This document shows positions 1 to 9,709 of a DNA stretch of 64,000 nucleotides, one piece after another; position 1 is the first letter of the stretch, and every line of letters begins with the position of its first letter. Source of the stretch: a bacterium (GTDB lineage: Bacteria; Bacteroidota; Bacteroidia; NS11-12g; UBA955); assembly GCA_029945665.1 (NCBI GenBank), contig JAQSCZ010000125.1:67-64066 (forward strand), read 5' to 3'. The notes under the pieces are model-generated. The model was not told where the DNA came from. It made no database searches and saw only the letters and a list, made by a program, of their open reading frames with translations. The translations under genes were made by a program, and so were the position numbers.

Positions 1-651
1 AATTAGACTTATTAAAGTTGAAATTTGTTTTTTCATTATTCAATGATATTTGTTTAAACAAGATTACAACCAAATTTCAAGTTAAAGTGTAATAAAAGTT
101 ACATAAGAAAGAATTAGTTTTAAAGTTAAAATTTCACAATTTCCACTAAAATTAATCCATTTTATAATTATTGATTTAAAATAATTGTGTCAACAAATAC
201 CTGTCCGTTCGCTGATACTGCCATAAAACGACAACCCTCCTAGCAGTGATTGAAAAACATGCTTACCGCATAAGAAGCAATGGCTTGGCCAGGGCGGCCC
301 GTTCGAATTGTCTCATTGAATTGTGCATATAAAGCATTGTCATAAAACAATGGATACAAAATAAAAATCAACCCACCTTTGAATATAAAACTATTTTTAT
401 TTTTTTTATATTTTATCATATAATTTGGGACCTATTATTTTATGTGGTTGTTATTTATGATAGATTGCATTTGTAATTTTACAACCAGTATTTCTTTAAG
501 GACATTAAACAGAAAACGCCAGTATCTTTTTTTCAAATATAAGGATTTGATTAAACTACATAACACCCTATGATTTATTTCCTTCTCAAATTCAATTTCG
601 CAATTCAACGGATAGTCCTTAAAAATATAAAAAATCATAGAAATTGTTTGC

Positions 652-3108
652 TTAAAAAGGGCACACCATTTTCAAACAAAAGTTTCGCCCCATGTTATAC
701 ATCCCACTTCGATTATTGGCTGATTTATTAAAATATTCGAAATACTTGAGCCGATTGAGGTTAGATTGAAATGCCTTATCGAAGACATTATTAACTTGAA
801 ATTGCAGTTGAAGTATTTGCAATTTATTGTATTTTATTTCAGTTGAAATTCCAACATTAAGGAGGAAAAAACTTGCGGTGGATGTTTCAGTATTGTTCAA
901 CCCCAAAAACTTAGTTTGAGCGGCACTAAATTCCGTTTCCATTTTTGGAGTTACTGACTTGAAAATTTTTGAATGAATATTTACTTTTTGAGAGATGCTA
1001 CTCAATAATTTCAGGGGTGGAATTAAGGGCAAGTATTCGCCGTTTATGCCTTCACCACTGTATTGCGATTTTCGATTAAAACCATATACCATTGAAAAAC
1101 TATGATCGAATAAAAAACCTTTTAAAGCAACTGGATGAATAGATAACCATGCTTCCATTCCATATAATTGTGCTGATGCTTGTTGGTATTGATACGTTTT
1201 ATTTCCTTGCCCGTCGGTCATTGGTTTTTGATTTTCATCAACCATTAATTTTAAATAAATGTAATTATTGATATGGTTGTTAAACAAACTTAACTCGGCG
1301 GAAATATTTTTAAATTTTGCACTTGCACCAAGGTCTTGTTGAAATGAAAATTCAGGATTAAAATTTCGATTGCCCAAATAAATAATATGGGCACCTGGGT
1401 CAAGTCCGTTGGATGCTATTTCTGTAATATTTGGGGCTCTATAGCCTCTACCTAAATTACCTTTAACAGCAATCTGTTTGGTTATTTGATAGGTGGCTCC
1501 TAGGCTTGCCGAAAGCCCGCCAAAATTCTTTCTATACCGTGGGTATTGCAATTTTGCATTCCCAGTGTCATTTATATTTACTTGTCGATCGAAACCCGTC
1601 AGGACATTATTTTTAACATAAAAGTCTTCTATTTTAATTTGCCGAATATCATTGCGAATGCCCCCACTAATCGTCCATTTAGAATATTTCCATTTGCCAT
1701 AGAAATAAATACCGCCATCGAATAAACTGTAATTTGGAATTGGAAAATCAGTAGCATCATTGTTTTTATTGTTTTGTAACATCCCATTGCATCCGATGCT
1801 CGTTTCAATGTTGTGAAATTTTGGGGCGTTATAACGAAAACCATAATTCAGTGTATTGAGTCGCACCGACATACCTGCCTGATTTGGCATGGTGGGATGG
1901 TTATATTCTTTTCTAATATTTTGTTGAAAAGCAAACAGCATATCCAAGTCCCCTTTTCTTAAGTTATAAGAACTATGCATATAAGCCCGGTAATGCTTAA
2001 TTTGTTGGTGTAATGGCGACAGTTGGTAAGCATTTAATTCTTTGTCTGAAACCAACTGACGGTTTTTAATATCATCATTTGCACCTTCAAAGATTTGTTT
2101 TGTGAATCGCCTGGAAAGTGAGTCGCGGCTGCCATCTGGAATACCTTGCAGATTGTCATAAAGGGTTAAATTAAAATGAGAGAAACCTTTGCTTGTCTTG
2201 TAACCAAAAAGGAAAGATAAATTTTTTTCATCAAAGCCAGTATTGTATACGCGACCATCTATCGAATTGCGATAATTTTTCGCCACACGATAGGATCCTC
2301 GGGCGGCAAATAGAAAATGTTTATTGCTATACCCTAAACGCAAACCGTTTCCAAATAAATTATTGTTAGATTGATATTCTGATGTGAATTTTCCTGTTAA
2401 TTTCCCATCTTCTAAGCTGGGTATATAGGGAAACAAACTTACGACCCCTGCCAGAGCATCCGACCCGTACATTAAACTTGCTGGCCCTTTAATTACCTCT
2501 GCATTGTTAATATTATAGGCATCCACTTCAATACCATGTTCGTCGCCCCACTGCTGACCCTCCTGTCTTACGCCGTCATACAATGTCAGCACGCGGTTAT
2601 AGCCAAGTCCTCGGATAAAAGGCTTTGAAATATTTGGACCCGTTTTAACGGCATTTAACCCAGGCACATTTTTCACCAAGGCATCGATAATGTTACTTTC
2701 AGTTGCCTGCTCAATGGCCTTTAGAGGAACGCTCACAATTGAAACAGGATTTTCTTTTATAAGTGTCGCTTTAGAAACGCCAGTTACCACAAACTGACTA
2801 AATGCCAATTGCTTTGGTCTTAAAAAGATTATTATATCATGCACTCTCCTATTTAAAATTTGCGTGTCCGACTCATAACCAATATTTGAGATAATCAGTT
2901 TGGTGGTGTGAGAGAGGTTCGCAAAATCTATTTTAAACTTTCCATTTTTGTCAGTTTGTGTTCTATTTCTTGAATCATTTAAATAAATAATACAATTTTC
3001 CAAAGGAAGCAATGTACTCGAATCATTAACGACACCTGTAATGGTTTGACTTTGTGCATGTGTGACGATGCTCAAAATAAAACAAACTAAAATTAAAAGG
3101 AATTTCAT
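652..3108 (-). CDS. TonB-dependent outer-membrane receptor with CarboxypepD_reg-like N-terminal domain
   Basis: 818-aa ORF with ATG start and a signal peptide. It has an N-terminal 'ITGVVNDSSTLLPLENCIIYL' carboxypeptidase-regulatory-like fold, a plug region (FIRGLGYNRV), and a long beta-barrel ending in an aromatic F. Confidence 0.9.
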   Translation of the reverse strand: MKFLLILVCFILSIVTHAQSQTITGVVNDSSTLLPLENCIIYLNDSRNRTQTDKNGKFKIDFANLSHTTKLIISNIGYESDTQILNRRVHDIIIFLRPKQLAFSQFVVTGVSKATLIKENPVSIVSVPLKAIEQATESNIIDALVKNVPGLNAVKTGPNISKPFIRGLGYNRVLTLYDGVRQEGQQWGDEHGIEVDAYNINNAEVIKGPASLMYGSDALAGVVSLFPYIPSLEDGKLTGKFTSEYQSNNNLFGNGLRLGYSNKHFLFAARGSYRVAKNYRNSIDGRVYNTGFDEKNLSFLFGYKTSKGFSHFNLTLYDNLQGIPDGSRDSLSRRFTKQIFEGANDDIKNRQLVSDKELNAYQLSPLHQQIKHYRAYMHSSYNLRKGDLDMLFAFQQNIRKEYNHPTMPNQAGMSVRLNTLNYGFRYNAPKFHNIETSIGCNGMLQNNKNNDATDFPIPNYSLFDGGIYFYGKWKYSKWTISGGIRNDIRQIKIEDFYVKNNVLTGFDRQVNINDTGNAKLQYPRYRKNFGGLSASLGATYQITKQIAVKGNLGRGYRAPNITEIASNGLDPGAHIIYLGNRNFNPEFSFQQDLGASAKFKNISAELSLFNNHINNYIYLKLMVDENQKPMTDGQGNKTYQYQQASAQLYGMEAWLSIHPVALKGFLFDHSFSMVYGFNRKSQYSGEGINGEYLPLIPPLKLLSSISQKVNIHSKIFKSVTPKMETEFSAAQTKFLGLNNTETSTASFFLLNVGISTEIKYNKLQILQLQFQVNNVFDKAFQSNLNRLKYFEYFNKSANNRSGMYNMGRNFCLKMVCPF

Positions 3109-3141
3109 TTATTCGACAATGTTATACCGACAAAAATAATA

Positions 3142-3161
3142 TTGTTAGACCAATCTAACAA
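3142..3161. promoter_or_regulatory. Perfect palindrome TTGTTAGA-ccaa-TCTAACAA in a divergent promoter region; candidate DtxR/MntR operator
   Basis: 8+4+8 perfect inverted repeat in the 86-bp gap between the TonB receptor (-) and the DtxR-family gene (+). It is flanked by a 10-bp direct repeat, ATTCGACAAT, at 3111-3120 and 3167-3176. Confidence 0.4.
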
Positions 3162-3194
3162 AAATAATTCGACAATTCTATTTATATTTGCATA

Positions 3195-3842
3195 ATGCTC
3201 TCTCAAACAGAAGAAAATTATCTCAAAGCGTTGTTTCATCTCACTTCTGAAAAGTCTGAGGTTGGAACCAATGAATTGGCCGCAACACTGAATGTAAAAC
3301 CGGCCACTGTGAATGATATGCTTAAACGGTTGAAAGAAAAAAAACTCATTAACTATGAAAAATATGGCAAGATATCTTTGATAACACTTGGCAGAAAACA
3401 GGCCCTTGAGGTTATTCGCAAACACCGACTTTGGGAAACATTTTTATACGAAAAACTTGAGTTCACTTGGGACGAGGTTCACGAAGTCGCCGAGCAATTA
3501 GAACATATACATTCACCAAAACTAATTGAGAAACTTGACAAGTTTTTGAATTTTCCAGAGGTAGATCCACATGGCGATGCGATTCCAAATTCAAAAGGCG
3601 AATTAAAAGTTCAAGTGCGCAAAACCTTAGCACAAGTTGCTGTTGGCAAAACATGTAAAATTATCGCCGTAAAAGATAACAGCGCGTCCTTTTTACAATA
3701 TGTTGTGAAAGTAGGCTTGGGCTTAAGCAGTAAAATAAAAGTTATTAGTCGTCAAGAATTTGACGAGATAACAGAAATTGAAGTAAACGGCAAAAAATCA
3801 ATCGTCAGTAAAAAGTTTACCGAGAATATTTTTATTGCCTGA
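3195..3842 (+). CDS. DtxR/MntR-family metal-dependent transcriptional repressor with C-terminal FeoA/SH3-like domain
   Basis: 215 aa. Winged-helix N-terminus (EENYLKALF...ATVNDMLKRL), 'RKHRLWETFL' and 'DPHGD' metal-site region, and an SH3-like tail. Confidence 0.9.
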   Translation: MLSQTEENYLKALFHLTSEKSEVGTNELAATLNVKPATVNDMLKRLKEKKLINYEKYGKISLITLGRKQALEVIRKHRLWETFLYEKLEFTWDEVHEVAEQLEHIHSPKLIEKLDKFLNFPEVDPHGDAIPNSKGELKVQVRKTLAQVAVGKTCKIIAVKDNSASFLQYVVKVGLGLSSKIKVISRQEFDEITEIEVNGKKSIVSKKFTENIFIA

Positions 3843-3909
3843 TGGAGGTTATTAAAAAATAAACAATCGATTCGTCTATGAGACCTGAAATTTCATAAAA
3901 GGAAAAACA

Positions 3910-5436
3910 ATGAAGCAATATTTAAATCTATTTGACACATCTCTAAAAATAAACTACAAAACGGAAGTATTATCGGGTTTAACTGTTGCGCTTGCGTTGG
4001 TTCCCGAAGCAGTTGCTTTTGCATTAATTGCAGGACTTTCGCCTTTAACAGGTCTTTACGCAGCCTTCATGATGGGATTAATTACTTCCATTTTCGGTGG
4101 CCGTCCTGGCATGATTAGCGGAGCAACAGGTGCAGTAGCAGTTGTATTGGTAACGCTAGTAAAAAGCCATGGAATCGAATACATTTTTGGAACTGTAATT
4201 TTAGCCGGTATCATTCAAATGATCGCTGGATTTTTGCGTTTAGGAAAACTCATACGCCTTGTTCCACATCCTGTTATATTTGGGTTTGTCAATGGATTGG
4301 CTATAATCATTTTCATGTCGCAGCTGGAACAATTTAAGGATGCCTCGGGTCATTGGATGACGGGTCAATCACTCTATATATTACTTGGTTTGGTTCTACT
4401 CACTATGCTAATTATATGGGGATTGCCCAAAATAACGAAGATAATTCCCGCTTCATTGGCTTCAATTTTAGTTATTTTCGGACTGGTTTTTTTTCTCGGC
4501 ATTGATACAAAAACAGTTGGTGATATCGCTTCCATTAAAGGTGGTTTTCCACCATTTCATCTGCCAACTATCCCTTTTAATTTAGATGCTCTTTTAATCA
4601 TTTTTCCCTATGCCGCTATTGTTGCAGGCGTTGGATTAATAGAAAGTTTATTGACGTTGAATATAGTAGACGAAATAACAGAAACACATGGGCGAGGAAA
4701 TAAAGAAGCTATTGCGCAAGGCGCCGCTAATATACTTTCTGGTTTGTTCTCGGGAATGGGTGGTTGTGCCATGATAGGCCAAAGTTTAATCAATGTATCG
4801 AATGGTGCAAGAGCAAGGCTTTCTGGTATTGTTGCTTCTATTATGCTTTTAATATTTGTGATGTTTGGATCTGGTTTAATAGAAAAAGTACCCATGGCAG
4901 CGCTAACTGGCTTAATGATTATGGTTGCCATTGGCACCTTTGAATGGGCCAGTTTAAAAACTTTTACAAAATTCCCAAAGTCAGATATTTTTGTTATGGT
5001 ACTTGTTACTTTAATCACTGTATTTCTTCACAATTTGGCTTTGGCTGTTTTGATTGGTGTTATAATCGCGGCCTTGGTATTTGCATGGGATAACGCCAAA
5101 AGAATACGAGCGAGAAAAAGCATTGACGAAAATGGCATTAAGCACTATGAAATCTATGGCCCACTTTTCTTTGCTTCTGTAGCGGCTTTCAATGAAAAAT
5201 TTGATATCCTTAACGACCCAAATGAAGTAATTATAGATTTTGCAGAAAGCCGTGTGGTAGATATGTCGGCTATTGAAGCCTTGAATAAAATCACAGAACG
5301 GTATCATAAATTAAACAAAGTAGTTCACCTAAAACATTTAAGTCCAGATTGCAGACAATTAATTAAAAATGCAGAGCAAATAATTGATGTCAATATAATT
5401 GAAGACCCAACTTATAAAGTGGCTACAAATAGGTAA
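3910..5436 (+). CDS. SulP-family inorganic anion transporter with C-terminal STAS domain
   Basis: 508 aa, polytopic. SulP-like N-terminus (EVLSGLTVALALVPEAVAFALIAG) and a STAS-like C-terminus (HYEIYGPLFFASV...). Confidence 0.9.
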   Translation: MKQYLNLFDTSLKINYKTEVLSGLTVALALVPEAVAFALIAGLSPLTGLYAAFMMGLITSIFGGRPGMISGATGAVAVVLVTLVKSHGIEYIFGTVILAGIIQMIAGFLRLGKLIRLVPHPVIFGFVNGLAIIIFMSQLEQFKDASGHWMTGQSLYILLGLVLLTMLIIWGLPKITKIIPASLASILVIFGLVFFLGIDTKTVGDIASIKGGFPPFHLPTIPFNLDALLIIFPYAAIVAGVGLIESLLTLNIVDEITETHGRGNKEAIAQGAANILSGLFSGMGGCAMIGQSLINVSNGARARLSGIVASIMLLIFVMFGSGLIEKVPMAALTGLMIMVAIGTFEWASLKTFTKFPKSDIFVMVLVTLITVFLHNLALAVLIGVIIAALVFAWDNAKRIRARKSIDENGIKHYEIYGPLFFASVAAFNEKFDILNDPNEVIIDFAESRVVDMSAIEALNKITERYHKLNKVVHLKHLSPDCRQLIKNAEQIIDVNIIEDPTYKVATNR

Positions 5437-5736
5437 GGTTGGCAAAAAGAACTCATCATTTAATTTTTAAATAAATTATTTTTAAGCGCGCAAGCTTATC
5501 ATAACTCGAATAACAATTTCCACATCTTTCATAGACAAACAAAACCTTTCGTTCTGAAGAAATGCATCCGATTGAATGGGCTCATTTTTTCAACCAATAT
5601 TCGTGTTAGTCTTCAATTTATCTTGTATTTTTACAAAATTATATTGATAAATAATCTGCGCATAAATACTATTTTCAAACAATACATACGGCATTACTTT
5701 TAATTATTTTAACACTATACTACCAAAACAAAACCC

Positions 5737-6666
5737 ATGCAACTAATTACCAATTGCCCTGTTTGTAACGCTACAACGCTCAGTTCTTTTATTACAACAA
5801 CAGCACAAATGCATGCGAATAAAGCCTTGTTTAATTTTGACCAATGTGCAAATTGCAAACTCGTTTTCTTAAACCCCAGAGTGCCTATAGAAGAGCTAAA
5901 AAATTACTATACTTCATATTACTTGCCTTATAGAGGAGCAAAAGCTTGGGGTAAGTTTGAAAAATTGGTGGAGAACAGTCAAAGACAATTAGATTTAAAA
6001 AGAGTGAATCGTGTAAAAGCTGAATATGCCATGGTCTCAGATGCTCTAATTCTAGACGTGGGTTGTGGTAAACCCAGTTTTTTAAAAGCATGTAAGCAAA
6101 CGCTAAATTGCAGAACCCTGGGTATCGACTTCACTGACGAGGGTTGGCATAATCAATCAACCGATTTCGATGGGCTCGATTTAAAAGTAGCAGAGATAAA
6201 AGATTTGTCAAGTAACTTGCAACCAGATGTCATTACCATGTGGCATTATTTAGAACATGATTATACACCTTTTGAAAATCTTAGTTTTCTAAAAACCATT
6301 GCAAAACCTTCTACTAAACTTATTATCGAAATACCCAATTTCAACTCAGAAAGCAGACGGAAATATGGCAAGCATTGGGCAGGATGGCATACACCACGCC
6401 ATACGTCATTGTTCTCGCCCCATAATATTGAATTACTACTTAATAAAAGTGGCTGGAAAGTTACCAAATTACTCACCTATGGAACCATGGATCCCTATTT
6501 GCTTTATTGGATGAGCGAGATGGAAATAAAAGGCATTCAGTGGGATAAAAATATGGAAAGTGAATTTTGGAAATTTCTTCTAGGAAAGCTCCTATTCATA
6601 CCAAAGCAATTGATGGAGAAACAATCGTCTCTTGGCATTATGACAGTTATTGCAACACCGCAATAA
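5737..6666 (+). CDS. Class I SAM-dependent methyltransferase with N-terminal Cys4 zinc-ribbon
   Basis: 309 aa. CPVC...CANC ribbon, then SAM motif I 'ILDVGCGKPSF' and 'VITMWHYLEH'. Confidence 0.75.
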   Translation: MQLITNCPVCNATTLSSFITTTAQMHANKALFNFDQCANCKLVFLNPRVPIEELKNYYTSYYLPYRGAKAWGKFEKLVENSQRQLDLKRVNRVKAEYAMVSDALILDVGCGKPSFLKACKQTLNCRTLGIDFTDEGWHNQSTDFDGLDLKVAEIKDLSSNLQPDVITMWHYLEHDYTPFENLSFLKTIAKPSTKLIIEIPNFNSESRRKYGKHWAGWHTPRHTSLFSPHNIELLLNKSGWKVTKLLTYGTMDPYLLYWMSEMEIKGIQWDKNMESEFWKFLLGKLLFIPKQLMEKQSSLGIMTVIATPQ

Positions 6667-6672
6667 CACGCT

Positions 6673-7374
6673 TTAAAAATTCAAAAGATTTTTACCTTCC
6701 CAAGTCCCAGTTGATTTGTATGGTTGAAATCTTGCAAATAGCTCTTCTTTATACCAATTGTTTTTTCGAGTTCTTCTAATGGCTTCTTGATGTTGCTTGC
6801 TTTTATAAGCAAACTGCTTCACTGACTCAAAATCTTTCCATAAACTAAAAGTCGCCATTTGAACAATTGGAACTTCACCTACTCCTTTGGTATAAATCAA
6901 TCCTGCGTTCCCTTCCAAGGCTTCCTCTGATGTTGGCACATAATTCCAAAATCGCAAGAGCCAATTCCACTTAATAGTAGCTCTTGTAATAATGGCAATT
7001 GGGGCACTAGGATCCAAATCGGCTCCTTTCTCAAAAGGATTTTTACCAATCCATGCGCCACTTGCTGAAATGCTTTTCATATAAAGTGTAAATAACTCTT
7101 CAGTATGTAAAGCATATTGCTTTATCAAATCTGAACCGGTGAAAAATTCTTGTGCAGCGTTTTCAGATTCCCAAACCTGAAGAAGGCAATAAATAGACCA
7201 GTCAGGCAAAGGATTAAACCCTCTTCCTTTTCCACTACCCATCAATCGATAAAATGTCAGACCTTTTACATCTGCTAAATCTTTTTTGGCAAACTGCATC
7301 ATTTTAAATCCCCATACCTTATTGCTTAAAGTTGCAAACTTAAAAAAAGAAAGTGTTGTGATTTGTTGACTCAT
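6673..7374 (-). CDS. CrtA-like protein (spheroidene-monooxygenase / carotenoid 2-hydroxylase family), putative
   Basis: 233 aa. The N-terminal pattern 'LSFFKF..L..KVWGF..M......L.....GL.FY.LMGSG.G.GF.P.PDW..Y..L.VW' matches my memory of the CrtA family. It lies in the same strand array as the rhodopsin and crtY-blh. Confidence 0.5.
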   Translation of the reverse strand: MSQQITTLSFFKFATLSNKVWGFKMMQFAKKDLADVKGLTFYRLMGSGKGRGFNPLPDWSIYCLLQVWESENAAQEFFTGSDLIKQYALHTEELFTLYMKSISASGAWIGKNPFEKGADLDPSAPIAIITRATIKWNWLLRFWNYVPTSEEALEGNAGLIYTKGVGEVPIVQMATFSLWKDFESVKQFAYKSKQHQEAIRRTRKNNWYKEELFARFQPYKSTGTWEGKNLLNF

Positions 7375-7613
7375 ATTTTAAGGGATCTAATTTTATCTTT
7401 CAGAGAATACCTGCTGGCGGAAATCCTTTAGATTATCTAATAACACCAAATAGCTTCAGTTGTTTTTCGATATTTGTAAATGTAAGACATTATAAGCAGA
7501 ATGAATAAATACATAAAATAAAATCATTCCATACGACCACTACCCTATTGTTTATTCGAAAATTTAAGAACTCCATGATTGCTTATGGCATTTCAATAAA
7601 AAAATAGCATTGA

Positions 7614-9629
7614 TTACGATCGGTGAAACATTGCATAGAATTGATGCATTTTTAAAACATGGGGGATACTTAAACAAGATAAAACTATAAAAAAAAGACC
7701 CGCTGCCTGCTGACCTGCAAAAAACAAAGCGTACAAAATAATCATTGCACCTCCGATGCTAAATGGCAACGACTTTTTCCACAAAGTTGATGACCGTTCA
7801 TTTAACCCTGTTGAAAGGTGACGCCAACCATGCATACTGTGTTGGCCAACAAAATAAATACCGAACGAAATAAGCAAAGGCAACATGCTTGAAAGCAATA
7901 AATAGATTAATGTTAAAAGCATGTATTTTGATTTATTTAAAACGGATAACAAGATGCCCAATCCAAGTGTTAGAATTTGAATAAATAGTATTTGCCCCTC
8001 AGATATTTTTTTAAGAACAATGGCAATTTGCAAGTTTGGGATTTGTTTTAAAATATCTGATAATTCTACAAAATGAAAACTTAGTATCGTCATTAAAACC
8101 GTAAATCCCCAAAAAAACGATGACAAGCCTTGGATTAAATTCCATTCCTTAAAATCAGCCTGACCAAAATGCCACATGGAATAGGCCATAAAAATCAGCA
8201 AGGCAACGTCTGGGAATAAATACCAAATGAATCCCAAAAGCACGCCTTTCAATACATAATTTAACATAAAATAAAAAAGTTGCTTATGGTTTTTTACTTT
8301 CCGTGACGTTAAGTGATCCAACGCACCATGAGCAAGACCCACGGTCAAAAAACCCACAACCAAAATGCTTCCAGCGATGTATTCAAAATTTAAAACCGAG
8401 AGAAAAACCGCTAAAATTGTAAATAAAAAAGGGTAAAACAATAATGGCAAACGAATACATCTTTGAAGGACATCTTTTACCACAGCTTTAATGAAAATTC
8501 GCTTTGGTAATTTTGAAAAAATAACTATTTCTTTTGTAATGCTCGTTTTTTCGCGAAGAAAACTTAAAACCTTTATTAAGGCCACTTTCTTAAACAAGGT
8601 TTCGAAAATTATTTTCCCATATTCAGGTTTATCTGTTAAAATTTTAAGCAACAAACGGTCATAAAATCCAAATCTTTTTTTTCTGATAATTCTTTTCTGC
8701 AATTGATTATTTTTAATGGCCTCCATTTGTACAATCGCATCTTCGGCCATCGCATGAAAAGCATAACCTGTTGTGCATTTTAGCATATCTGCTTTGACAC
8801 CCATATTTACCCAATGTGAACCATAGTGATCTTTTTCCATGTTGGCACTTGACATTGGAATTACCCCTTGTTCAGTTTCAATAATTTCAAATGAAACGCC
8901 TAGTGCTTTCGAATACTCATCTAATATCAATTCTGCTTCTGATTTTAATAATTTTTGAGTACCAAATCTGGTTAGTTCTATCAATGCTGTATCTTCGGTA
9001 AAGGGCAGTGTATATACAAATTGGGTAAAATTATTTTGAGGGACATTAAAATCCATCATCACCATTGTAGAAGTGTCAAATGTTTTTTTGTCTGTTTTAA
9101 TTTTCCAACCAAAAAAGGACTGATTTAAATGAGTTTGATTGTTTTTTGGCTTTAAAAATACCGGTGGCCGACTATCGAAAACATACTTAGCGCGTAGTGT
9201 TTCATTTTCTAATTTTAATTCAAATTGCTCAGCCTTTACATCAGGAATTCCAGTAAAGAAGGTTGCAAAATTTGTCACCTGACAATTCAAAAGACAACTT
9301 TTAGCCGCGTGGTATAAATCGATTCCTTTCACATGGAAATAATGCAATGGATTAATTGGCTGTTTGGCAATGCCGCTTATTTCTATATTCGACCAGCTAT
9401 AACTTACAAGTGTATTTAATTTTAGTTTAAAAAGTTCTTGTTCTGTCGCCCAAAAACAAAAAGTCCTATCGTTGGTCGTTTTACCATCTGGCTCAATAAT
9501 AGCAATGGTCTTACCATTTAGTAAACCATTTTCGTGCAACATTAAAATCAACAAGCAATTCGCTGCACCTAATCCAATGAATAGGAAATCAAATTTCAAA
9601 GTTGAATTATATTTTTCGGTTGATTGCAT
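7614..9629 (-). CDS. crtY-blh: Fusion protein: lycopene beta-cyclase (CrtY-type, N-terminal) + Brp/Blh beta-carotene 15,15'-dioxygenase (C-terminal)
   Basis: One uninterrupted ORF. The track start at 9653 is TTG; the ATG at 9629 is preferred. The N-terminal half has the FAD fold 'FDFLFIGLGAANC', 'DRTFCFW' and 'FVYTLPF..LIE.TRF'. The C-terminal roughly 280 aa is polytopic, with Blh-type His motifs 'HGALDH', 'WHFGQAD' and 'QHSMHGWRH'. Confidence 0.85.
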   Translation of the reverse strand: MQSTEKYNSTLKFDFLFIGLGAANCLLILMLHENGLLNGKTIAIIEPDGKTTNDRTFCFWATEQELFKLKLNTLVSYSWSNIEISGIAKQPINPLHYFHVKGIDLYHAAKSCLLNCQVTNFATFFTGIPDVKAEQFELKLENETLRAKYVFDSRPPVFLKPKNNQTHLNQSFFGWKIKTDKKTFDTSTMVMMDFNVPQNNFTQFVYTLPFTEDTALIELTRFGTQKLLKSEAELILDEYSKALGVSFEIIETEQGVIPMSSANMEKDHYGSHWVNMGVKADMLKCTTGYAFHAMAEDAIVQMEAIKNNQLQKRIIRKKRFGFYDRLLLKILTDKPEYGKIIFETLFKKVALIKVLSFLREKTSITKEIVIFSKLPKRIFIKAVVKDVLQRCIRLPLLFYPFLFTILAVFLSVLNFEYIAGSILVVGFLTVGLAHGALDHLTSRKVKNHKQLFYFMLNYVLKGVLLGFIWYLFPDVALLIFMAYSMWHFGQADFKEWNLIQGLSSFFWGFTVLMTILSFHFVELSDILKQIPNLQIAIVLKKISEGQILFIQILTLGLGILLSVLNKSKYMLLTLIYLLLSSMLPLLISFGIYFVGQHSMHGWRHLSTGLNERSSTLWKKSLPFSIGGAMIILYALFFAGQQAAGLFFIVLSCLSIPHVLKMHQFYAMFHRS

Positions 9630-9709
9630 TTTTAAGGTTATAAATGAATACAATAAAAAAGGGATGGCACCTTTTAAAGTTTGCCACCCCTATCATATTT
9701 TTAAATAAA

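Noticed and set aside
290-325. GTTCGAAT (T-loop-like) sequence suggesting a tRNA or tmRNA
   Set aside because: The flanking bases cannot form a T-stem on either strand, and I could not draw an acceptor or anticodon arm.
435-638. 67-aa minus-strand ORF downstream of the TonB receptor
   Set aside because: It has no recognisable motif and a very AT-rich, Ile/Lys/Asn-biased composition. It may be real but I cannot support it.
3105-3654. Minus-strand ORFs 3105-3425 and 3463-3654
   Set aside because: They lie antisense inside the clearly recognisable DtxR-family gene.
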